Part shown: positions 1 through 8,849 of the stretch, piece by piece
How the letters are laid out: each line of letters begins with the position of its first letter
How positions within the stretch are numbered: the first letter of the stretch is position 1
Source: Candidatus Bathyarchaeota archaeon
GTDB lineage: Archaea; Thermoproteota; Bathyarchaeia; Bathyarchaeales; DTEX01
Length of the DNA: 64,000 nt
Reading direction: 5' to 3'
NCBI GenBank assembly: GCA_963714275.1
Contig: CAVQNT010000006.1
Location: 128,001 to 192,000 of the forward strand
Notes under the pieces: generated by a model
The model's database searches: none
Seen by the model: the letters and a program-made list of their open reading frames with translations, nothing else
Told to the model about the DNA's origin: nothing
Program-made: the position numbers and the translations under genes

Positions 1-230
1 TGCCCGTTCTCTATCAGGACCTTCTCAACTATGTCCTGTATCTCCTCGACTGTTGGAACCCCTTCTTCTCCGAACCGCTGCTTTAGAATTTCGACTACCT
101 TTTCAGTCATGCGTTTGGCTTCTTCTTTGTCCCTTCCGCCGACTGCGCTTGCCGCTTTCCATATGGCGGTGGTTATGCGGTTGCCGTCGAACTCTTCGAG
201 CCTGCTGTCCCGCTTCCTGACATACTTCAA
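1..230 (-). CDS. ATP-cone domain protein, 5' part (probably ribonucleotide reductase N-terminus); runs off the window
   Basis: Not in the ORF track. Manual translation from TTG at 230: MKYVRKRDSRLEEFDGNRITTAIWKAA...VPTVEEIQDIVEKVLIENG, a classic ATP cone. GGAGG lies just upstream. Confidence 0.85.
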   Translation of the reverse strand, partial: MKYVRKRDSRLEEFDGNRITTAIWKAASAVGGRDKEEAKRMTEKVVEILKQRFGEEGVPTVEEIQDIVEKVLIENG

Positions 231-611
231 CTTATATATCCTCCTAAAGATGAACGCCGATGATTTTTGTAATTGAATTTAACTAATTTACAATTAGCCA
301 TTCAAAAGACACGCTGTATAAAGATTTAAATGTATTTGTTTAAAAAATTTGATAAACAAAGAACCTAAAAAAGGGAGTCAAACCGAAAACAAGGCATTTT
401 TTAAGCATTTATAAAATTCCTTCATGGGTAACTATTTTTCACGTCCCAATCATCATTTCAGCACCAACGTTTCAATAAAGTATGAAAATTGTTTACAAAG
501 AATAAACCTATACACAAAATCCAATAAATCAAAGACAGGTTGCATTACGAAAAATTAAAAAAATAAAAGGAGCCTTCAATCGAACAATAAAAAGCTCAAA
601 AAATTCTGATT

Positions 612-792
612 TTACCACAACAACGTTATCAACGTAATTCCTAATAGCCCAAGCATGATGACGATTACGACGAAGAAGATGACGGCCAATACCGATATGA
701 TGAGGGCTTTCAGCCAGCCACAAAACGGGCGACAAAATGATGATGTTCACAAAAACGTGAACGAACAATGAAAAAAGGTCAAAACTTAGCAT
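612..792 (-). pseudogene. Small multi-TM membrane protein, internally deleted or frameshifted
   Basis: Frame 1 ends ...VNIIILSPVLWL; the shifted frame continues WLKALIISVLAVIFFVVIVIMLGLLGITLITLLW*. Junction at TGGCTGGCTG (~711-720). Confidence 0.5.
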
Positions 793-916
793 TGAATCTC
801 GCCGTACACAATATAAGATAATTCGGCATTAAAATCGTTGCGTAAATTAAAATACGACCTTATAGAATCTGTCCATAACATTCATCAACACAAGTAGCTT
901 ATAGTGACAAAAATTT

Positions 917-989
917 TGGTTGCCTAGGAGAGATTCGGACTCTCGTTGGTTGATCCAAAGCCCTTTATGCTTGTCAATTACAACGAGCT
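917..989 (-). pseudogene. Degenerate tRNA-Gln copy (att-like remnant)
   Basis: Hand alignment to 3029-3104 gives about 60/76 identical positions with a 3-nt gap; same orientation; stems disrupted. Confidence 0.85.
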
Positions 990-1065
990 TCCGTAGTTGC
1001 GTACTTCACGCTTTTTTAGTAAAACGTCGGGGAAAGCTTTTATCTGATCCGCCTGAATAAATTGT

Positions 1066-1968
1066 ATGCTTCGAGGGTTAAGAGGGTTCGCTCAGTTCAT
1101 TTCAGCGGAAAGAGGATTCATGCTTTTCATGATATCCATGGGATCCACGTTTCTGATAGGTGAGAATCTTTCTTGGCTTCAGGCGGGTTACCTCGGATTC
1201 ATTGTTTTCTGCGGGTGGAGCGGGGTGGACGCCATGAACAACATTTACGACGCGGACTTGGATGAGAAATCGGATCCTTTCAGGGCAGAATACACGAAGA
1301 AGCTGGGAACACTTGGATTGTTCGTCTCCATTTTCTTTTTAGTAGTAGCTTTCAGTTTGGGTGTGGCTACGCAGATCCCATTATTGACGGTTTTTATTGT
1401 GGTGGGCAGCCTTGCAGGAGTCCTGTATTCGGTTCCGCCCTTTCGGCTTAGACAGACGGTTCTCAAACCGTTAGTCAACTTCTCCGTCGGATCAGTACCC
1501 GTCTTAATAGTGGCTTCGTTTTTCAGCGTTTTCTCTCTCCAAGTGTGGCCTCTTGTGTTCCTCATCGGCATAACAACCGCGGTTAACAGCCTTTGGGAAG
1601 ACTTGGCGGATTACACTTCCGATCTTAATAATGATGCGAAAACATTCCTTATTGTGCTAGGTTTGAGACGCGGATTCTTCACAACTATTGTTCTGGGCTA
1701 CTGCCTCGTCCCCCTCATGGTCCTCATAGGCGTAATGTTTAACCTAAGCCTGCTTTACTACATCATCTTTTCTTTGCTTGTGACCTTTATGTCTCTCCGT
1801 CTGGTCCAAAATCGGACTATACTTCTTGGGAAAGAAGGCGACAACACCGAACAAACGTTGAAGCTGGGCAAAATTCTAGCCAAAGACTTCGTGGTCTTGG
1901 CCATAGTGCAAACGACGAACATAATGTTGAGCGGCTTCCTGAAATACCACGCCGGCTTCCTGTTCTAA
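1066..1968 (+). CDS. UbiA family prenyltransferase
   Basis: Multi-TM protein with NNIYDADLD, YSVPPFRL and EDLADYTSD motifs. Confidence 0.9.
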   Translation: MLRGLRGFAQFISAERGFMLFMISMGSTFLIGENLSWLQAGYLGFIVFCGWSGVDAMNNIYDADLDEKSDPFRAEYTKKLGTLGLFVSIFFLVVAFSLGVATQIPLLTVFIVVGSLAGVLYSVPPFRLRQTVLKPLVNFSVGSVPVLIVASFFSVFSLQVWPLVFLIGITTAVNSLWEDLADYTSDLNNDAKTFLIVLGLRRGFFTTIVLGYCLVPLMVLIGVMFNLSLLYYIIFSLLVTFMSLRLVQNRTILLGKEGDNTEQTLKLGKILAKDFVVLAIVQTTNIMLSGFLKYHAGFLF

Positions 1969-1985
1969 AGGCAAATGTCCGCAAA

Positions 1986-2134
1986 CTTCTCCGCAAGCAA
2001 CAATCCAGAAAGAACTCTAAGATTCCAATTTAGAATTGTTGTCAGTTAATCAGGTTAAGTTTAGCCTCATAGCTCTAAAAAACTTCAAGCGTACTTCACA
2101 TGTTGCTGATTAACTGATTGCGAAGAGGCGGAAG
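1986..2134. other. Nested inverted-repeat (structured) intergenic element
   Basis: TCAGTTAATCAG (2042-2053) / CTGATTAACTGA (2106-2117) perfect IR, plus AACAAT/ATTGTT and CGCAA/TTGCG. Confidence 0.5.
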
Positions 2135-2145
2135 CTTAAGCATCA

Positions 2146-2690
2146 CTAAATGAACTGATGCTTGGCTTCTCTTTGTTTTTTACGAAAAGATTTAAACAGT
2201 TGGTATCTTGATAGACGGGGCCAACCAGTCTTAGCATATTCTATCTTACCCGGGTTTCTTTTGAGCCATTGCATCATATGGAAAAAACTCTTTGCCCTCT
2301 TCAATTCCCTTTCATTAAGAGGTCCATAACCCAAATTCCTTATTTCATCAAGGTATGCAATCTCTGCAAGGCGTTGTGGTTCTCTTGTAACTTTCACTCT
2401 TCGAATTCTATCTTCCCCATACTTTCTTTTTAAATCTTTAGCTAACTCGTCAAAGATGTATCCTTGACATATATGGATTGGTTCCCCGTTCTCGATTTGA
2501 GCTTCTCCACTAGTTTGAATACAATACTCGAAGATTGCTTCAGATACTCCTTTCTGCGAAATCTACCGGATTGGAAATATTTGACATCCAAGACATCGTA
2601 TTTAAACTCGTGTGTCTCATTGCGAAAGGCACCTATAACAGCTCCAAAAAGAAGGTCGCCGGTGCCTGCATCATCTATAGTAATTGTCAT
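2146..2690 (-). CDS. Uncharacterised RNase H-like fold protein (frameshift ~2495)
   Basis: MTITIDDAGTGDLLFGAVIG resembles the RNase HII first motif; continues GEPIHICQGYIF...KTGWP after the shift. Confidence 0.6.
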
Positions 2691-2873
2691 CCAAAGTAAC
2701 CTTCTTCTACCTCGTATTTTTCCCCGTATGAAAACAGTCTGGTTTGATTTTCCCCTTTTGTGGAAAAAGGTCCTTCTCTGCAGAGAAAATGGGCTGCGCA
2801 AGCTCCAAACCTATGATTTAGAACCATCCTATGCCTTTGGTAAGCAAACGGGCGCGAATGTAAAATATGCAAC

Positions 2874-2962
2874 AGGAGAAAAGTAGTTCTATACGTTGAT
2901 ACTGAGCTGGTTCGAAAGGCTAAAGATTAGGGTTTAATCTGAGTAAAACGTTTTCAAATTAA
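2874..2962 (+). pseudogene. RHH/CcdA-like DNA-binding remnant (possible integrase N-fragment)
   Basis: RRKVVLYVDTELVRKAKD, then (shifted) GFNLSKTF: beta-helix-helix pattern; no intact start. Confidence 0.5.
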
Positions 2963-3028
2963 ATGAAAAAATATTATTAACGTATTTTTCAGTTTTTAAA
3001 TAAACAACACGGGAACAATCTTGGCTTT

Positions 3029-3104
3029 TGGTAGCCCGGGAGAGATTCGAACTCTCGTCGGAGGGTCCAAAGCCCTCTATGCTTGTCCACTACACCACCG
3101 GGCT
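3029..3104 (-). tRNA. tRNA-Gln(UUG), CCA encoded
   Basis: AGCCCGG acceptor with A1-U72; anticodon arm GAGGG-CTTTGGA-CCCTC; TTCGAAT T-loop. Confidence 0.97.
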
Positions 3105-3166
3105 TCTTTGGGTTATGGCTTTCTTTTCTGTCTCTGGGTAAAAACCTTACCGCTTAAGATAAGCAG

Positions 3167-4303
3167 TCATTTGCTTTTGTTTTTGAAGAGGAACTGGTCT
3201 AGAACGTTTTTGGCTTTTTCGCGTTTCTTCTGGTGGTCTTTCAGGAATTTCTTAACCTTTTCTGCGAGTGCTGCTTTGTGTTCGCCGCATAGGAGTTCGC
3301 CTGACTTGCACTCTTCGAATGTTGCCTTGAGTTTCCTGTCGTCTTCCTCGAACAGGTAATACTCATAATAGTAAATGGGACATATTGTCGGGTCTGCGCC
3401 ACAACGGCGTTGCTCCTCAACCGTCGGTTTGCCGCCAGTGTAGGCGTTCTTTACTTTCTTTTCAGCCTCTTCAGGCGGGTCCGTGGTGAAGATGCATGTT
3501 TCGGGAAGCGAAGCCGACATTTTTCCGCCTTTGCCCAGTCCCGGAAGAAACTTACAGTGAATCTGAGAGGGCTTAAAGTATCCGAGCTTCGGTGCCACGT
3601 CGCGGGTCACTCGCCAGTACGGGTCTTGGTCGATGGCAGCCGGGATGAGGCACGGCACGTTTTCGCCTGCCAGTTCAGTTTCTAGAAAACAAGGCACAGC
3701 TTGGATGGCAGGGAAGAAGATTATGCCGATGTTTGAGCTGTCCGTGAACCCGAACGTTGCCTTCACCGTTGAGAAGGTGATTCGTTTTGCGATTCTCACA
3801 GCAAGGTTGTACAGTATGCCGGCGGAGTCAACATCCACTATTATTTTAGTCTTCTTCGGGTTGAACCCCATCGCAATCACGTCTAAGGCGTTGTCGTAAG
3901 CGAACTTCGTGGATGTTTCAAGTTCGAACTCGGGGTGAATGAGGAACTTCTCGTCGTCCGTCATCTGGAAAAACAGCTTCGAACCGAAAACATCCTGCAG
4001 GTGCTTCGTGAAAATCCAGGGAACAAGGTGACCGATGTGGACTGGACCAGACGGTCCCCTGCCTGTGTAAAGAACGAACCGTTTTCCAGCCTCATAAAGG
4101 TCGAGTATCCAGTCTAGGTCCCGGTGCGAAAAGAAGAGCCCCCTTCTGAGCTGCAGGTGCAGTTCGCCTGCGTGCTTCTCTATCCTCTTAAGTAGGTTTT
4201 CGGTCAGGGGCTGGGTTCCAAACTCCTCTATCAGCCTGCTGTAGTCTATCTTGCCTGAGACCGTCCAAGGAGTAACAACCATTTCTTCCTCGTTGTTCGA
4301 CAT
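3167..4303 (-). CDS. trpS: Tryptophanyl-tRNA synthetase (archaeal/eukaryal type)
   Basis: YTGRGPSG, HIGH, AIDQDPY and KMSAS motifs. Confidence 0.97.
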   Translation of the reverse strand: MSNNEEEMVVTPWTVSGKIDYSRLIEEFGTQPLTENLLKRIEKHAGELHLQLRRGLFFSHRDLDWILDLYEAGKRFVLYTGRGPSGPVHIGHLVPWIFTKHLQDVFGSKLFFQMTDDEKFLIHPEFELETSTKFAYDNALDVIAMGFNPKKTKIIVDVDSAGILYNLAVRIAKRITFSTVKATFGFTDSSNIGIIFFPAIQAVPCFLETELAGENVPCLIPAAIDQDPYWRVTRDVAPKLGYFKPSQIHCKFLPGLGKGGKMSASLPETCIFTTDPPEEAEKKVKNAYTGGKPTVEEQRRCGADPTICPIYYYEYYLFEEDDRKLKATFEECKSGELLCGEHKAALAEKVKKFLKDHQKKREKAKNVLDQFLFKNKSK

Positions 4304-4416
4304 GACGCAACACCCAATTCGCAGTCTTCAGGAAACAGCATCCATTGTGCTGTTCATTACGATGTTGAAAAAGACAGGTCACAATATAAACTTAATCTAA
4401 AGTCATGGTTCGCAGT

Positions 4417-5589
4417 TTACAGAGCCTTGTAGTTGTTGAACCAGCTCTCGAACGCTGCCAGAGAATCCTGAGAAAAGCTCGGCCTTCTCTTCTCCAACAT
4501 CTCATTAAAGTCCTGCATGTGTACCTTGCGCGGTTCGCCACCTGACTCCGCCTTTCCCGACTCGAAAAGTTCGCTGTTGACCTTCAGCTGAGCGGATTGG
4601 CAGATGTCCATGATGTCGCTTCCCGAGAAACCTTCGGTTGAACTAGCAAGTTTTTCAAGGTCAACATCCGCCGAGGTTTTTAAGGCGCCTATGTATAGCC
4701 GAAGCATTTCGAGGCGTTCATTGTAGCCTGGAGGAGGCACGTAAATCCTTTTTTGGAACCTCCTGATGAATGGCGTGTCCAGAGTCCATGGCTTGTTCGT
4801 TGAACCAATAACGTAAACGTGAATAGGATTTTTTTTGTCGATTATGCCGTCCATTTCCTTGAGAAACTGGTTTCGAACCCGAGTTTCGCCGCTGACTTCA
4901 AGACGGTGGATTCCCATCAAAGAGTCGAGCTCGTCAATGAAAATGATGGCTGGAGACTTCTGAGATGCTTTTCGGGCAGTGTTAAAGAGCTTGGCAACAT
5001 TGCGTTCAGCTTCCCCAAGCCACTTCGACATGATCGAAGCTGCGTCAACGGTTACGAAGGTGGCCTTAATCTCGTTAGCAACGGCAGCCGAAAGCAAAGT
5101 TTTTCCACATCCAGGAGGTCCAAAAAGGAGGATGCCCTTAGGCCAGCCGAGAGGGAAAATGTCAGGCCTTAACGAAGGATAGACGATGGCCTGCTGAATG
5201 GCTTTCTTTGCGTCCTCAAGTCCCGCTATGTCGTTCCACTTCACGTTCGGAGGATTCTTCAGAATCATATCGTCAAACGCTGTTACCTCGGTTGTTTGGG
5301 TCGTCGTTGACGTCTCATCGTAGCTTATGCTTGTCTCCTTGGCGGAGCCACTTACCCAAACGTCCTGAAGGACTCTTACACGGGTCCTGTAAACTTCAGC
5401 TCGTTGCACGTAAATTCGGTTTAAATCGTGATCTGGGTACGTGTGCACGATCCTTAAGAGGCACTCGATGGCTTTTTGATAGGCTGAAATAGCCATCTCC
5501 TTTTTTCCTTCACGGTCCAGCACCACGGCATCTTGAGCATGCTTTATGGCAATTTTCTCAAGCTCCTCCATGGCACTCATTTTTTTCAC
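4417..5589 (-). CDS. cdvC: Vps4/CdvC AAA+ ATPase with MIT domain
   Basis: N-terminal MIT helices, GPPGCGKT, SKWLGE pore loop, IFIDELD, RRFQKR; operon context. Confidence 0.93.
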   Translation of the reverse strand: MKKMSAMEELEKIAIKHAQDAVVLDREGKKEMAISAYQKAIECLLRIVHTYPDHDLNRIYVQRAEVYRTRVRVLQDVWVSGSAKETSISYDETSTTTQTTEVTAFDDMILKNPPNVKWNDIAGLEDAKKAIQQAIVYPSLRPDIFPLGWPKGILLFGPPGCGKTLLSAAVANEIKATFVTVDAASIMSKWLGEAERNVAKLFNTARKASQKSPAIIFIDELDSLMGIHRLEVSGETRVRNQFLKEMDGIIDKKNPIHVYVIGSTNKPWTLDTPFIRRFQKRIYVPPPGYNERLEMLRLYIGALKTSADVDLEKLASSTEGFSGSDIMDICQSAQLKVNSELFESGKAESGGEPRKVHMQDFNEMLEKRRPSFSQDSLAAFESWFNNYKAL

Positions 5590-6428
5590 CGCTGAATCGT
5601 GATCTTACCCTTTCCGTTCAAAGCATCAAGAACTTCTAAAACCTTGCCTGAGGGCAAGTTAAGCTCCTGCGAACATCTAGCTATGTTCAAGTCGCCGTTG
5701 TTTCTTTCAACGTAATCCATTACCAGCTCTTCGAAAAGAAAAGAGGACACATCAAAAGCGTTCGATAAGCCGTCTCCGTTGATGGCTGCACCGTTATGGT
5801 TGACAACAACCTCGGTTCCGTCCGCAGTGATCGCCACAAGAGGCTTAACTGGAATCGCAGCCTTGGGCGCTTCAACGGGCGGTTCAGGAATACGTGTCTT
5901 CAGCTCCTGCTCAGCAATATCGGCGGCTTCGTGCAAAATGGTTTCAGCAGACTCGTCCAATACGACTGCAGGAGTGTACTCATCCAGAGTGAACTGGGTG
6001 CCTGTTAATATTTCGTCCACAACGCTGGTCAGCCGACTCATCTCAGGCGTAATGGAAGGCATGACATTAGCGACTAATCCCAACGCGTTCTTGACATCGC
6101 TGAACGCTCCTTCCAGCGACTCAAGTGTCGGAGAGACAACCTTGAGGGTGTCCAGCCTGAGGATGGCGCGTTCAACAGCGAGTTGGGTGTGCTGAGTAAA
6201 AGTTAAAACTTTTCTTATTTCAGCGATCTCGTTGGCGTAGACGGTTGCCCTTGTCTTGTTGCCTTTCCCCATGTAAAAGCTGCAGGCTTCGAAAAGGTCT
6301 TCATCTCGTTTCGACAGCTTGGATGATGCAAGTTCAAGTCTAGAATAACATTTTCCGAGCTCTCTCGTCGTTTCCATGATGAGCTCACTGACGGATTTTT
6401 TTGTCTTGTGGAAGAAATCTTTGATCAT
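5586..6428 (-). CDS. cdvB: ESCRT-III CdvB with C-terminal winged helix
   Basis: Snf7 core (RATVYANEIAEIRK, ERAILRLDT), Pro-rich MIM2-like RIPEPP, C-terminal wH. Confidence 0.88.
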   Translation of the reverse strand: MIKDFFHKTKKSVSELIMETTRELGKCYSRLELASSKLSKRDEDLFEACSFYMGKGNKTRATVYANEIAEIRKVLTFTQHTQLAVERAILRLDTLKVVSPTLESLEGAFSDVKNALGLVANVMPSITPEMSRLTSVVDEILTGTQFTLDEYTPAVVLDESAETILHEAADIAEQELKTRIPEPPVEAPKAAIPVKPLVAITADGTEVVVNHNGAAINGDGLSNAFDVSSFLFEELVMDYVERNNGDLNIARCSQELNLPSGKVLEVLDALNGKGKITIQR

Positions 6429-6470
6429 CGCACTCCTCCAATGATGGCGAGTAGCCTAAAAATGCCGGGG

Positions 6471-7205
6471 CTAACCTTCGGTTACACGTACAGGTAGGGC
6501 TTGTCTTCCTTCCTTGGTTTGTGCAGCAGGCTCATCTTTGGCTTCTTCAGGAACCTGCGCAACTTCCTTTTTCAATTCCTCAACTGGTTCTGGCTTCGTT
6601 TCCTTTTTTGGTTCCTCTTTCTCTTCTTGAAGGGCGTCTGTGACCTTGTCTTTTGTCTTCAAGAGGCTTAGCTTCGTTTGCTGGGTGTTCTTGACCTCTC
6701 TCAGTATCGGCATTATTGACAGTTGGTAGACCTCGTCGCTTACTGTGCCTATGCCGTGCTCGATCTCCAAGTAAGCCCTTGCGAGCTGAAGCGTTTTCAG
6801 CTGTTCGTCCTGATTCTTAACTTGTTTGTCCATGTCCTCAAGGACCGTTTGGGCTTCGATTTTCATTTCTTTCAAGGTTCTGTCGAATTCTTTGCTTAGG
6901 CTTTCGTGGATTCCTGACGGGATCACTTTGTTTTCAGCTAGTTTGTCGAGGATTTTCTTCTTTTTCCTTATTGTTGGCAGCTGTTCCGAAATGGTCTCAA
7001 CCTTCTTGTCGAGGTCAGAAACCATCGAAACTTCGTCTCTGCCAACTTTAAGGAGGTTCACAGGGTATTTGGCGAGTTGGCCGTAGTTTGTTTCGACCAG
7101 TGCTTCTTTTGTTTGGCCTGAGGGATCGATTAGGAACGACACTATTCTTCCAGTGTCTTTCACGTTTTTACCGACAAGCCCCGGGGCGTTGAAATTTTCA
7201 CTCAT
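6471..7205 (-). CDS. cdvA: CdvA (PRC barrel + coiled coil + C-terminal ESCRT-III-binding strand)
   Basis: Likely start MSENF at 7205; LEIEHGIG motif; ends LPVRVTEG; lies between ESCRT-III genes. Confidence 0.85.
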   Translation of the reverse strand: MSENFNAPGLVGKNVKDTGRIVSFLIDPSGQTKEALVETNYGQLAKYPVNLLKVGRDEVSMVSDLDKKVETISEQLPTIRKKKKILDKLAENKVIPSGIHESLSKEFDRTLKEMKIEAQTVLEDMDKQVKNQDEQLKTLQLARAYLEIEHGIGTVSDEVYQLSIMPILREVKNTQQTKLSLLKTKDKVTDALQEEKEEPKKETKPEPVEELKKEVAQVPEEAKDEPAAQTKEGRQALPVRVTEG

Positions 7206-7245
7206 CTTTTTTCGCTCTTTTTCAAATGGGTGGGATCTCACTCTT

Positions 7246-7890
7246 TTAGTATTGGGAGAATCCTGTGTCCTGTGCAAATGTCTCGGGTTGTTTCAACGCT
7301 GGGAGCTCTGGGAACTTCTCCTTCATTCTCTGCTCTGCGACCGTTGAGGCTTCGCTGAGAATCTTCCTTGCATCTTCGCTTGCTACTTCAAAGTCTGGCG
7401 ATATTCCAGCAGTTTGTCCAGCCTCTATCATGATGTCGTTCAGCATCATGCCAACTGATTCGAGTTCTTTCTCGGCATTCGGCAGTATTCCAGCAATTCC
7501 CGACCTTACGCTTTGTAAGACTTGAGCAGCTGGTGCTAAGCTTACGACAGCATTGCCGAGCTGGGTTACTGTTCTTAGCCTCAAAACAACTCTTTCAAGT
7601 GCGAGCTGGGCGTTCATCATGAAGTTAGCCATCTTCCGTAACTCTGCTAGTTCGTTGGCGAAGACATTGGCTCTCTGAATCTGATTCTTTGAGTATGCAT
7701 CGACGACTTTGGAGAAGAGGTATTTGTCTCTGTCAGTGAATCTGTTGAGAGAGTTATCGAGATACTGCACTTGGGCTTCGATCCTTCTGATGGCGAGTTC
7801 GATCTTTGACCTTAACGGTGCTGCGGGTTTTATTACTCCCTTTATGCCGCTTCGGTCTCTTTCCTCCCATCGTTTAGAGAATTTTGACAA
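7246..7890 (-). CDS. ESCRT-III paralog (CdvB1/B2-like, Snf7 family)
   Basis: RANVFANELAELRKM, LERVVLRLRTV, KFPELP MIM2-like; no wH. Confidence 0.9.
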   Translation of the reverse strand: MSKFSKRWEERDRSGIKGVIKPAAPLRSKIELAIRRIEAQVQYLDNSLNRFTDRDKYLFSKVVDAYSKNQIQRANVFANELAELRKMANFMMNAQLALERVVLRLRTVTQLGNAVVSLAPAAQVLQSVRSGIAGILPNAEKELESVGMMLNDIMIEAGQTAGISPDFEVASEDARKILSEASTVAEQRMKEKFPELPALKQPETFAQDTGFSQY

Positions 7891-8119
7891 TGGCTCTACA
7901 CCTCGAATAGAGGGACTATCATTGTGAATTAGAACCTTGTTATTATGCTCAGAATATCACCATATATATGCTGGTATAGACCTCGATGAACCCCCCATCC
8001 GATGTTTTAATCATTTCAACGGCAAAAAATAAAATCTATTATATGATTTTTAACAAAAAAATAGATACAACAAGCTTCTGTCACACGGTCCATCGAACTA
8101 TGCCCATTCCGCAGACCAT

Positions 8120-8419
8120 TCACCAATATAACGAACTAGTCTGCTTCCCAGCCAACACAGCTTCCGTTTCATCAGAGTCCAACGTTTTCTTGGTTCCGAG
8201 TTTGCAGTGCCAGTCGTAGCAGCAGAAGCGGACGAGTTTAACCTTTTTTCCTATGATGCCTTTTGGTAAAACCTCATTCGGGGTGCGGGATGAAAAGTTT
8301 GTTAGTTCAACGGTGAAGACGCATTTTTCCCATTTGCTTCCTTCATCGTCTGTCACTGATTCGCCCGTTTTTCTTACATCGACCGCGATTCCCTGTAGTT
8401 TCCTTGTTGTTTCCGTCAT
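8120..8419 (-). CDS. Hypothetical protein (beta-rich, Cys-containing)
   Basis: Clean ATG ORF with protein-like composition; VRFCCYDWH. Confidence 0.65.
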   Translation of the reverse strand: MTETTRKLQGIAVDVRKTGESVTDDEGSKWEKCVFTVELTNFSSRTPNEVLPKGIIGKKVKLVRFCCYDWHCKLGTKKTLDSDETEAVLAGKQTSSLYW

Positions 8420-8534
8420 TCTGGCTCATCTTTTCTGGATTAAAGAATAGGGATGTATTATGTTTTTTGAATCTTGACACCATGAATCGAGACCGAACGA
8501 ATGGGTTTGTATTTGAGACTCGATAGTTTTAAGT

Positions 8535-8849
8535 TTGGCTCAATCATCATCAATCAAGAGGTTTGCCACATTGCGGGATGTCACTCAAGGACAGCTACTT
8601 TTGGCGTTAAGCTTCGTGACTATGGTTCTCTACGTTTGGGCGCTTTTCCTCGCCCCCCAAGACATCCAGTTTCTGGGAAGAACGATAAGCGACTGGGCGC
8701 TGCTTATTCCTGTGATGATAATTGTTTTCCTTTTCCTCGTTGTGGTCGCATGGATAGGCTGGGCGATGGCAACCACCCCTCCACCGATTCCCCTACCAGG
8801 AAAAGAATCAAAAGACAACGATGAAAAAGAGAATAAGGGCACAGTTTAG
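8535..8849 (+). CDS. Small two-TM membrane protein (DPM2-like)
   Basis: Two TM helices ending WIGWAMATTPPP, then a charged tail. Confidence 0.6.
   Translation: MAQSSSIKRFATLRDVTQGQLLLALSFVTMVLYVWALFLAPQDIQFLGRTISDWALLIPVMIIVFLFLVVVAWIGWAMATTPPPIPLPGKESKDNDEKENKGTV

Larger units (their letters stand above)
917..3104. mobile_element. Decayed tRNA-Gln-integrated element
   Basis: Bounded by direct repeats (pseudo-tRNA and intact tRNA-Gln); RHH remnant next to the tRNA 3' end; no intact integrase. Confidence 0.6.

Noticed and set aside
31-276. 81-aa + strand ORF
   Set aside because: Antisense shadow of the ATP-cone gene. Most overlapping short ORFs in the track are similar shadows.
2687-2872. 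61-aa - strand ORF
   Set aside because: No recognisable motif; overlaps the decayed RHH region.
7206-7277. N-terminal extension of CdvA in the ORF track
   Set aside because: Overlaps the upstream gene; ATG at 7205 fits better.
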